A stretch of 64,000 nt of DNA, the filler included, from Diploschistes diacapsis (lineage: Eukaryota), in assembly GCA_023645945.1 (NCBI GenBank). It is 26 parts of 26 records of this genome, joined end to end, with 100 filler letters (N's around TTAATTAATTAA, not from the genome) between each part and the next. Parts side by side here need not be neighbours in the genome. Positions count along the whole stretch, not along the records: positions 11,450 to 29,720 come from JALAIB010000418.1; 25 more parts are not named here. One strand, given 5' to 3'. Positions 11,450 through 24,037 of the stretch are shown one piece after another. A model generated the notes under the pieces. The model had not been told where the DNA came from. It worked only from the letters and a program-made list of their open reading frames with translations, and searched no databases. The position numbers and the translations under genes are program-made. The stretch's first letter is position 1, and the number at the start of each line of letters is the position of its first letter.

Positions 11450-12068
11450 TCTTTCTACTCCCCACCCGCCGAACCCTCCCGTCCCAAATCCGGCCCCGCT
11501 TCCTTTCCACCCAGATCCGCACCGCCATCGACAAGGCCGTCGGCTCCGCGCCCGTCGTGCTGTTCATGAAGGGCACGCCCGAGACGCCGCAGTGCGGGTT
11601 CTCGCGCGCCAGCATCCAGATCCTGGGCCTGCAGGGTGTCGATCCGGACAAGTTTAGCGCGTTCAATGTGTTGGAGGATGCGGGGTTGAGGGCTGGTGAG
11701 TGGGTTTCCTTGCCTGGTGGAAATTCTGTCTTGGGGGGTGTGTTTGTTGGTTGTGCGGAGAGATGTTGCGAAGCGTGAATGGGAGTTGCTTTTTTTTTTT
11801 CGAGACCTCTGGGACGTTCGTGGCTTTGGTTGCGGGGCTGGGGAGATACTGGTTTGGGGAGCCTGTGCTGACGGAGGTTAATGCAGGGATCAAAGAGTAC
11901 TCGGATTGGCCGACGATACCGCAGCTGTATGTGGACAACGAGTTTGTGGGTGGATGCGATATTCTGATGAGCATGCACCAGAACGGGGAGCTGAGTAAGT
12001 TGCTGGAGGAGAAGGGGGTGCTCGTTGCGGCTGAGCCTGAGTCGGGGTCGGGGGCAGAGAAGGCGTAG
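11450..12068 (+). CDS. GRX5: Mitochondrial monothiol glutaredoxin (5'-truncated; exons <11450-11695, 11887-12068)
   Basis: [16 protein letters not shown] and [16 protein letters not shown]...GGCDI motifs joined by a GT-AG intron 11696-11886 with a GCTGAC branch site; Arg-rich presequence-like N-terminus. Confidence 0.93.
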
Positions 12069-12734
12069 GAGGAGGTGATTTCGCGTCGAGGCGAAGGGAA
12101 AACAAAGGACGGGCTCGTGATGCAGAAGGGTAGGGAATTGCTGGAGCTGAGAATGGGGACTGGGCAGGCAGGAAAGAGAGGTCATGCTGCAGTCGGAGAG
12201 GGTGTACAATAGTCTGATACGAGACACTAGCATGCATGGAGACACTCCAAATATCATCAGTTCTGTCATTGTAGGTACCTCATTACCGTGCCTTTGTGCG
12301 TCGTATCATCAATCATGAAGTATATGGGTCCGCATTCAGCGCCGACTGCATATTCCACGCCGAGATACCCTTCAACACCCTGATGACCGTTCCACGCCGC
12401 CGACTAAGCGCCCCTGGTAACAGTTCTATGCCGCCGACTAAGCGCCCCACCGTAGCCATAAAAGCAAACCTCTTCCTTCTCTTTCTTTCATTATACCTTT
12501 TTATTTTTCTCACCTCCCACTTGAGCTGCCATAACGGCCACGAGATCCGTTCTGGTCGTTATGGTCCTTTGATTTTTGTGCCCCGTTTGGGGGGGGGGGG
12601 CTGTGGGCTCCCCCTCAAAACCATGTAGGGATAACTGCCGAGCCTTTGTAAGATCAGATCCACCTCTCTGAGGAGGGGGCGGCAACCGTTGAAAGATTAG
12701 CTCCAATGAGTTGATTTGCGGACTGTGGTTAGCA

Positions 12735-14258
<1,524 letters not shown>

Positions 14259-15779
14259 TGTGTGGTTAGGAGTTGAGATTTGGCCGGTGTGATTGGTGAG
14301 CAGGTTCAATAGACTCAGAGAACTTTGGTTTGTCAATCTTGATGTAGCTTTGGAGACAGGGCGAGCTTGCGCAAACTCGATGGACCCAGTAACTTACTTG
14401 TTCAAAGAGCTCTTCTCCTTAACCGCAGAAGGTGTAATGATCGGATTCTATTTCCAACGAGACTTTGATAATGGGTTAGTTTGGATTCTGAGACTTCTAT
14501 ACATTAGCTAGGATGGGCTAACATTGGCCTACTCGATAGGAGAATTGCAGGCGTTGAGCCTGCTTTCGGTATGTTGTTGGATAATATACTTGGATGATAA
14601 GCTCTGTGATGAGCCCTGCTTGGCATGGGGAGATGAAGACAGCGACTTCTAGCTTTGGGCGATGTTACCTCGTGTGCAACGTGCGATAGACTCTATTCTC
14701 TGATAGAGATAGCCAGGAAATAACTTTAAGCAACGATGTGTTTGCAAACTGCGAATTGGAGCGAGAACAGAAAGGGGCCACTCGACATGCTAGGTGCTGA
14801 GAAAAGAGAGGTCGAAGTTAGGGGTCGCCAAGAGATATGGGCCCAACAATATATAGATTTAGGACACCGACTCACAAACATACTTTTCGGATTCACTATT
14901 GGATGGTCAACAGCGGTTGACAGGTTGAAGTGACAACCGGATGCTCTGACGCATAGTGAAACCAGGATGCTATTCGCAGATTTTGGACTTCAAGAGCGTT
15001 CGATATCAACAGACAGGCATGCAAAGGCAATAGCTACCGATTCCGAATATCCATTGTCTCTGAATAAAGGTGAAAGTGTCTTTCGGCTATCTAGGTATTC
15101 ATATCCATCATGGATATCAACGCGTTGGCTAGAGGTATACTGGTTAGTTTATCTCTGAGTGTTGGCGAAAGATGGGCATATCGATTCTGGTAGCTCAGAG
15201 AAGAGAACCATGCCTTTCCGACCCCAACCCCAACGTCTCTAAAACTATGCCACGTGGGTAATTGACCTTTAGCAATGCAACTTGTCATGGTCTGCAGCAT
15301 CGGACGATCATTGACAGCTGATGGTAACAGACATGCGAGCTACTACGACCACTACCCGATGATGGAGAAGAAGCTGCGACCCCTGTCTTATTGCCTCGTC
15401 GTCCGACAGGTTTACGCCCCAGCTATCTACTATGTGATTATCAAAGAATGAACAACAAAGAGTGAAAGCGTTGCTAAATCTGCCTACTGTACACTATTCA
15501 TCTCCATTGGAAATTCTGTCCCTAAAGTGGCAAGTTATAGACTAAGCCTGCGCAAAGGTCGAGATGAGAAGATGTCCTAGCCATGCACTGTTGGCGGCGT
15601 GAGGGCGTGCTTTTGTGCAGAACGAGCATTTCATTCACTGCCACCGCCATTACGCAGCAGAGAACTCAAGTCTCAACTCTTTTCTTCTCTGGAATGTGTT
15701 TCGCATCTTTCATTAGGATCGATTGTCAGAGTTCTATAGGACGAAGAAAACACAGTGCAGACCACACAAAACCTGCACA

Positions 15780-16579
15780 ATGTCTGACGTCGATCCACCT
15801 GGTAAACGAAGCGTGACCATCTCTCCTTATCCACGCTCAACTACCCCTGTCACTCCGGCCCTCCACGCCATATCCACCGGATTCCCCACCCAACTACAAT
15901 CCCTCCTTCCATCCAGCCCCCAAGATAGCAACTCTCCACCCCAGCAATCACCTTCCTCATCTTCCTTCAATCCACCCTCCTCCCCTCCACGCTCCTACCT
16001 TCTCCAACTCCCACCCAGCCCCCCTAGCATCCTTCAATCCTCATCCACATGCTCTCTCCCTAGTCCCCCTTCAGCTTCCTCTCCGGCCCGGATCCCCCCT
16101 CCTACCGCTAAGCGACGAGGCATTCCCGCGGACGTTGATGTCGCGAGCGGCGCAGCTGGATGATGTGCCTATGCTGGAGTTGTTAATCAAGCATGGGGGC
16201 AAAGTGACGGGGAAAATGGGAATGCATGATGCGGCAGAGGTGGGGAGTATGGATGGGGCAGAGTGGTTGGTGAGCGAGGGGCAAAGGTGGTGGGAGGTGG
16301 TGAGTGATGAGGTTGAACGAAGAGGATGTGGGTGAGGGAGAAGATGGAGGCGGGAAGATGGTCTATAATAAGGGGGCGCCACTGCATTCGGCAGCGATGG
16401 ATGGGAGAGTGGATACGGCGATGTGGTTATTGGAGAAGGGCGTGGATAGGGGGACTAAAGATTGGGAGAAGAAAACTGCAACGGCGGTGGAGGTTGCGGA
16501 AGCGGAGGGAAAAGGGGAGGTGGTTGGCAAGAGAGAACAGGGTGTGTTGGCGAGTGCGTTGAATGTGGTGTCTTGCTAG
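15780..16579 (+). pseudogene. Frameshifted ankyrin-repeat gene
   Basis: Ankyrin-like segments split across successive short ORFs in shifting frames: PALHAISTGFPTQLQSLL, AAQLDDVPMLELLIKHGG...MHDAAEVG, GAPLHSAAMDGRVDTAMWLLEKGVD. No convincing introns restore the frame. Confidence 0.6.
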
Positions 16580-17325
16580 GAGTGAAAGGGAGTTCGGCGT
16601 ATCGGGGGTGCTGCGACGCTGTATTGTGATTGGGTCCAAGGGAATGGTTCATGTCGGGAGCGCTTTGGTGCTGCGTTGGGTGCTGGGTGGGAGGGAGTGC
16701 TTTCGTTCTATGTTACGGTATGGGTTGGAAGGGGATGGACAGAGACGTAGGGCTGCAATAAGAAGGGTGGGTGTGCGGTGCAAGAGATTGAGGGACAGGA
16801 GACCGGCGACTTACCATGGGTCTATCAGCCACTCGAGAACACGGCGAGGGCAGCTTGGTTGATGGTGAATGTCGGAGCTGGTAGGCATTTTGCCTGGCGT
16901 GAATAATAGTCGGAGGTAAGGGTCGTGATAGCGTGGTGATGAGAACGGGAGAGCTTCAGGCGGCGTCTGGCTGCTGCTGCTGACGGACCGGGATGTTTCG
17001 CTTGTTCTTTCTCGGCGAGAATAGGTGGAGAACCACAACTGAGAAAAGAAGAAAGGGGGAGAAGAGAGAGAGCAGGGGTAAATACTCCCCTTCATTCTAA
17101 ACATGACTGCGTCGGTCGGTCCGGGTTGCTAAACTTCAAACAGTGGTAAAGGGGCGCTTAGGCCAACGAGCCAGAACACGGACACATTTTTTGAACAACA
17201 GCAGAACGTAAAGAACATAGCCTGCTTGCTTGGTATAAACATTTAGCAATCACTTTCATCTCCTCAAAGAACGCCTCGCTGCGCTACACTATGCAGATAT
17301 CGCTATGACGCTAGCCAGGACACAA

Positions 17326-20105
17326 TCATGCCAAACTCAAGCGCTCGAGCCGCTGCTGGGTAGCATCGACAAGAGCAGATCTGTGTTCAGTCAGTATTGA
17401 AGCCGCGGAAGATAATAGTGCCGAACTTACTCCCGCTCCAACAACCGCATGACACTCGCGATCTTGCTCTGGCGTATGTCTGGTGGTACCCTCAAAGAGC
17501 TGCCCTTCTCGCCCTCTTCATCGCTATCGTCTGCAACTTCCTTGGCCTGCGTGAGAAGTTCCTGCGTAAGTTCCTTTGCCTGATAACTGTCAGAACACTT
17601 CCCACTAGTGATTCTATAAACACACCTCTTCAAAGCGTCTCCAGTATTCGTGCCTCGCGCGGCTCGGGGTCCCTTCGTCTTCCTCCTCTGGCTTGACCAG
17701 TGATTTGCCCAGCTTGTCGGCCTCTTTGACCCATCCCTGCTCTTTCTCGCTCAACGGTCTCCCGCCCGCTTGTGCCAGCTTCTTCTTCAGCGCATCGAAC
17801 CTCGCCAGTTGCTGAGCATGCTTGTCTTTGATAGCCTGCAATCTCACATCCAGCTTCTTGCTCCCTTGCGGCTTGCTTTCTCCAAAGTTGTCCGCATCTT
17901 CCCCGTTGATTTGATCGACCCTTCCCACGATCTCTCGCACGTTCTCGATCTGATTCCACAGTTCAAGTCTCATCCGATCGCAACGCGCAAACAGGTCGCT
18001 GACGCCTCTGCCCATGTCGAGAGTTTCCTTGCTAAGAAGCCGATGCATGTCCGTCATGATCTCCAAAGTAGCGGCCGAGAGTCGAACTTCGTCCTTCATG
18101 CTGTGCTTGTAGCGAGGCTTGATCTGCGTCTCGGCAAAAGCAGGGAGAGAAGAGATTTGGTACAGCGCCTCAGGCGGCTGGTAAGCTGGTCTGGGTTCTG
18201 CGGGACTTTCCTTCTCAGTTTCTTGCATGCCTGTGACGTCCATTTCATAAACATCAACAGTCTCATGCGGTCTGTCTAATACAGCCGCATGAGGGAGACC
18301 ATCGCAGACCGTAAGCAAAAAATACCCAAGATCAGAGTCTTGCATGACAGCTGGTGCTGACAGATCCCTTCTTCGATCCTCTTCTCGAAACCGCAGGATT
18401 TGCTCTCGCAGGGTGTGTGATCCCTGAATGATGTTCTTTATCCTAACTGGCGCACCTGCCCCGTTTCTTGATTCGAGTTCTTTCTCCAACTGTTCAATCA
18501 GCGGCTCCACAGATAGATAGAAAATGCCAGAGTCGTTCGTGACAAAGAAGGCGTACCGCGAATGAATACCAGCAGTAAGCATCGGGCATTGCGTAAAATG
18601 GCCTTCAGTACTTTCGGCCTGTGTGGTCTCCAGTGCTTCCAGCACGACAAGCTCTGGGACATAGTCGGTAGGCGTGCGTGGCCGCAGGTTCGGTTTCTTC
18701 AATGGCAGCCATCGGCCCTGCACGCCATCGAGATCCAAGCAGATATATGCTCTGCCACTACTGGTCAACAAGCACACAAGCGATGATGTGAGTGCTCTTG
18801 GTGGCTCAGCATCGTCTTCGTCCTGGTATAGATCCTCCGTATCAAGCATGGGCGCGACAACCTTGATGTCCACAATATCAAGGTCGTCTTCAATGTCACC
18901 TGGTACTATAGAGAATGGCCCTTGGAGTTGCGGTACAGCACTGAAGATATTCGGCCTACTGTAAACTGGAATAGACGGTGAAAACTCGGTCTTTCCTTGG
19001 AGCAACGGTGGATCCTGTTTGTCAACCTCAGCCAGCCAAGAGTACTGGTTGTTACAAATATCCTTCTCCATAGCGTTGGTCTGGGCTTCCTGGACATAGG
19101 CGCATTTCACTGCAACGCTTGTGGTGAGGCTCGGGATTAATGTTGACGGGGGCTGCCATTTGGAAGGCAGTAGAGGACAGAGCGCATATACATCGCCCTC
19201 AGTCATTGCAACCCACAGAGTCATTGCAGACCAACCCTCCTCTTCCTCCGTCCCGCTGCCACCAAAACAAGCCGATGCGACGTCCATCCCAATAGCATTT
19301 GCAGAATAGCCCCGATTCTTCTCTATCCGTATTGGTTGGACATCGTCCTCGGAAGAACGCGCATACTGCAATTTTCGTAGGTCCATCGCGACTGCCGGTT
19401 CTTCCGCGGACCACCGACTGTCCATGTTAAGCTCCCATAATCGCACTACGGCATCTTCCGTAACGGTTACCAGACAGGAACCATTAACACCCAACGGGTG
19501 CCATAGAGTGCTCACAATGGGCGACTGTGAGATTGTGTGGGTTGTCTTGCCGAGATGGTGCATCTTTGGTCGGATGGGGCCCGAATCGGGTTGTTCAAGG
19601 TGAGACGAGTCGGGGAGAACGCATACGTGTATTGTGTGGGCTGTTACAATGGCAAGAAACTCTTGATTTGGCGAAGGCACAAGTTGCTGGATGGGCTCTG
19701 AAACATATTGCATTCGAAGGACCTGCGTTGAAAGTCAGAATCATGTAACACAAGGTCGAGAACCAGTACCTTATGAGTGACACCTTCGAGAAGTCCTTCG
19801 TCGTCCTCAACAGAAGCCCCTCGCCTGCCCGAAAGCGCCTGAGACAGGGCTTTTGATTCCCATTCGTCCTTTATTGTAGCCAGATCTCCCCATCTTATAG
19901 TCCCGTCCACGGCCACGAAGACCTCGGATCCTCGGTGAGCGATCACACGGCGTTGGCTTGAGATGCGTGCGGTATCGGAGCCATTGACGTTAGTCTGCTG
20001 CACCCCATTGCTTTGAGCTCTGCTTTCCTCTTCTTTAGCAAAGAGACGAAACCCCGGAGCTGACCTAGACAGCCAGGCTGGTGTATAACTCAAGACTCGA
20101 GGCAT
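17326..20105 (-). CDS. NUP82: Nucleoporin Nup82/Nup88 family (exons 20105-19770, 19722-17626, 17579-17431, 17380-17326)
   Basis: MPRVLSYTPAWLSR N-terminus, beta-propeller motifs (LWHPLGVNGSCLVTVTEDAVVRLWE, GDVYALCPLLP) and a C-terminal coiled coil; three canonical introns join in frame. Confidence 0.85.
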
Positions 20106-20537
20106 CTTACAACGGCTGTAGCGAATATGGAAGATTAGGACACAAGCCTACAGCACAGGAAGGCTAGCAATTACCCTGTACATGTAAGCTCGAAATGTAA
20201 TAATGGGATGCAGTGCTCGAATCATGGAACTCGGCAAAGGTTCACAATAATTATGCGTGAGCAGGGGTGCAGCTCGATTAAGCATTAGCGAGATGCCTGC
20301 CAACCACGTGCCAACGCGTCCAGTAGCGTGTTTCCTTAGAGGTCGCCGGATTGGAATATCAAGCTTCACGAAATCTGTACTTTTACACCTACCTATGGCT
20401 GATAGACTTTTCTGCCTTGAAAAGAGCCTTGATGTGCTTTTCCTTTTTGGCTCGGGTACCTAGCTGATGGAAGTATTCCACATGCGCTGACGCAATGTTT
20501 CTACGAAGCCCTTTCACCCTTGTCTGCCTGTTGTACA

Positions 20538-21414
20538 TCAGGGCTTGAAAATGAAGCTGACCTCTTCGTATAGGGTCTTTGGACTCCTTTGCCATCCTCC
20601 ATCTATCTCTACCGAGAATTTTTCCATAGCTGAAAAGCCGTGTTTCTTATAAAAGGGAGCTGCTTCGAGTGTACTCTCCACGTAAGCAGGTACGCAATCC
20701 ATTCGACATTGCCTTATACCCCATTGTAGCATCATCGATCCTGCTCCTTGACCTTGGTCTGTCGGATCGGTGCCTATAAAATGCAGGCCTTGGGGTCAGG
20801 AAGTCAGTGCATTGTAGTCTTGTACAGAAGGGGGTAGGCTAGAAGGAGATGGGTGGGAGCGCGTTCTAAAGTGCAACTCAAAGGACTCGCTCTTTTTTTG
20901 TTTTTCAACATTGGAAAGGTCTGACAAAGGAATCCGAGGTAGGACGGCTCATAGACTTACGATAACACGGCGTTCGGCCCACTGCTTTCTCCTGAGCCTG
21001 CTCCGTTCTCTTCGTCCACTTGTCCAAAATTTTCCAATCCGTTCCCTCGGGCCATACCCACGGTGGTTCGGTGTATTCCTCGTTTTCGCCAACAGGATGA
21101 GCCCACTTCGCGAATGCCACTACTCGGCCCTCTGTCTGGCGCTCCTTACTCTCATGCTCGCTTTGCTCAGGGCAGTCGCTTTCCTGTTGCTCCCTGTGCT
21201 CACCTTCAGGCACGTCTCGCACAACAAGCACTGTAGTCTTGTCATCGACGATGTCAGCTAGAGCTTTCGCTTCCACGCTGCGCTGAAGCCCGGCGCGTAC
21301 AGCCGGGGTCGGAAACTGGGCGCGCAACATCACATTCGAGGCGAACGCTGCCATGTGAATCTCTGCAATCCGTTCTGCATCAGTGCGGCTGGCGAGAGAA
21401 AGAAGGAGTGGCAT
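20538..21414 (-). CDS. GNAT family N-acetyltransferase (exons 21414-20961, 20788-20538)
   Basis: VVAFAKW, motif A GTDPTDQGQGAGSMMLQWG, and YVEST...APFYKKHGF; GT-AG intron 20960-20789. Confidence 0.88.
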
Positions 21415-22080
21415 TTGGGTTGGTGATATAGCTGAAGATGAAATGGAATGGATGGGAGTGCAGAGGTGCCGTCAAATTCGAAGTATCTAGAAACAATACT
21501 ACAGAGATCAGCTTCGGAAGACCTTCGAGAGTACATGCTGCTTGCTGGACGCTCGGTCACTGAACACTTTGCATCATAAAGTTATTTACTTCGCCCATGC
21601 GTGTTCGCAATCTTCTGCTTGAAACGTCGTCTGAGCGAGGTATTGGATGTAGTACCTATATTGATATGACCTCGATTGCGTGCCCCGGATACTATCAGCA
21701 GTTCTAAGTAGCTTAAAGCTATAATAACCTTTTGAACATTTGGTATAAGGAGAAACGTAGTGTCGGTTTTGAGCAGCTTAAAAGGTACTAATGTAGGCGA
21801 GGATGTATTTGATTCATTTCTTGACACTGATATGGTGCTGTATAAAACTTCAAAAATACAGCAGCCCGGTCACTATGATGGCTCGCTTAGAAGAGAAGCC
21901 CAAGGGGACATGGCTTGAGGAGGATCATGTGCAGTGGAAGTTTAGATATTTCCACAAGCAGCTGCGCATATGACAAAATTTTCTTGCCATAGTCTAACAA
22001 TGCCGTTTAACGGCGTGTACTACTACCTACTACATCCCAGCAATACTAAGCTGCACTGTAAATGCCTTATGAAACCCCTA

Positions 22081-23268
22081 TCATAACCACGCAAAGTGCT
22101 CGTTGTTAATCCATAGCGGCGCTGAACTCACTCCGCCATTTTCATCGTACCAAAGACCGCTGGCGATACTGTCCTCCTCCCGCTCGACCAAGGAATGCTC
22201 TATCTCGGTCTGTGCTATCATAGCTCGGACCGTTGGCGTAGGATCCCAAAGCTCAACATGATCGAGCTTCCACTCCGCGGCTTGAGCCTGAGCGGCTTGT
22301 AAAACAGCTTTCAAGTAGCTACTCTGCTTGCCATGTCTCACAGCATGCTGTTCCTCCTTCTCTGCAGCAAAAGACTTACCTACGGTTTCGCCTTCCATAA
22401 CAAGTCGTAAGATATAGAGTACATTGTTGTGGGACTTAGCATCAGGATGATCATAGTAGCGGTGCGTCCAGACTGCCCATACCTGGTTTCCTGGAGGACC
22501 CGCAATCGCGCCTTTTGCTCGTGATATCTTCTGGAAGAGATGCACGGTGGCGAAATCCTCCTTTGCAATATGCCAGAGCATATGATCAAGATCTGGGACG
22601 ATCGTTAAGCGTCTATTCACTTTCGCCGGCATTGCCATGGCTTTCCGAACCAATTGTTCGTCTCTCACGCTGAGTTTTAGGAGGTCTCCCTCCGTGATAT
22701 CTTCCGCTAAAGTCGATTTCGGGCCCTTTGAAGGTTGCAAGACAACGTGTGAGTTTGTAGAGTTAGGGTGCCATCCCAAGTTTGCATAATACGTTTTCCC
22801 AATGTCTGAGTAGAGTATGCTACCAACACATTTGCCATGTTCTGGCTGCCAGCTGCGAAGAGCTTTGGCCATCTCTTTCATGTGGCGTGCTGCATAGCCT
22901 CGACGTCGGTATTCCGGAGGACAGAAGACACTGGCGATGCCATGAACCATATTGTCCTCGATATTGCCGTCGGCATCACTGGTCAGCGAACGCTTGCGGA
23001 AACTCTCGCAAGAGCAAAGAATAGGTCTTTTGTCCGGCACCGCATTTTTGTCAACTAGAATCCAGGTAGTCATTCCCTTATCCTTTGCGAGAGGTACAGT
23101 TGTCAAATATAACGACTCTAGGAGATAGACCGGTAGCGTCAATGAGTCTCTCCAAGAGGTCGAAGTGTTCCTCCATATCTCAATGCACTCGTCCGGCGTA
23201 GGATGACTGAGATGAAGGTCGGGGGAGTTAGAATCTGGTAGAGCATTATGATCAATTAAGAAACCCAT
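22081..23268 (-). CDS. GNAT-fold lysine N-acetyltransferase, LYC1-like (intronless, ~395 aa)
   Basis: ILCSCESFRK, HGIASVFCPPEYRRRGYA (acetyl-CoA motif), SILYSDIGKTYYANLGW and C-terminal WINNEHFAWL, typical of fungal LYC1-like proteins. Confidence 0.8.
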   Translation of the reverse strand: MGFLIDHNALPDSNSPDLHLSHPTPDECIEIWRNTSTSWRDSLTLPVYLLESLYLTTVPLAKDKGMTTWILVDKNAVPDKRPILCSCESFRKRSLTSDADGNIEDNMVHGIASVFCPPEYRRRGYAARHMKEMAKALRSWQPEHGKCVGSILYSDIGKTYYANLGWHPNSTNSHVVLQPSKGPKSTLAEDITEGDLLKLSVRDEQLVRKAMAMPAKVNRRLTIVPDLDHMLWHIAKEDFATVHLFQKISRAKGAIAGPPGNQVWAVWTHRYYDHPDAKSHNNVLYILRLVMEGETVGKSFAAEKEEQHAVRHGKQSSYLKAVLQAAQAQAAEWKLDHVELWDPTPTVRAMIAQTEIEHSLVEREEDSIASGLWYDENGGVSSAPLWINNEHFAWL

Positions 23269-24037
23269 TCTGAGCTCGAACAGACTCAAAAAATGGAAGA
23301 ACGCAAGGTCTCAGACGAGGAAGAGGATGGATAATTGTCTGCATTTTGACACAGAGGTTGTAAATAGATTGCTGAGGCCACAACAGCCCATCGTTGAACG
23401 GACCTTGCAAGGCTTACGTTGTCCATTTCGAGCTTGACCAACCCAAGTGGAGCAATGATCACCATAAGGGAAAAAGAAAGCATGAATATTGACCTACCGA
23501 CCTGCTTGCACAAGTAGTTTCCACTCTCGTAGGCGCCGACAGTACATGAAACTAGCTAGTCTCACTTTTGTACGGCGATGAATACTCGATTCAGGCCCCT
23601 GCGGCCGCTTGTGTAGTTGTTATGGCTGGGTTCCAGGAATAGATTGGAATCTATTGGTGCGATTTCTTGCTTTTCCTGTCTTAGCCTGTGAGCAGAATAC
23701 TTATGAATTACGGGAAGGCCGAGACAGCGAATAAAGCCCTGTAGATTGTGTGACTTAGCTACTATTAAGCTATGTTTAACAGCAGAGATGGTCCGCCTTC
23801 TAAGATGGTCCTCTGTGCAGGTCGGAAGCCCTCCAGCTTATCAGTTCCGCAGTCGCTCTCCGCTATCTACTGGCTCTAAAGTCTAGTACAATTACTATTT
23901 TCTATGATTCACTGCCTTATGCCAGAGGGCTAGAATGAGTTTAGAATTTCCGTTCCGTGGTTGACACCAGTGTAAACCCCGTCCTACCACAGGGTCTGCA
24001 ATAGATGTGAAGGCGCGGCGGACAGGGCGGACGTGGG

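Noticed and set aside
11394..12269. 291-aa minus-strand ORF and similar long antisense ORFs (41632-42312, 45825-46556, 50567-51373, 53797-54420)
   Set aside because: Shadow frames of GC-rich real genes on the opposite strand, with no motifs of their own.
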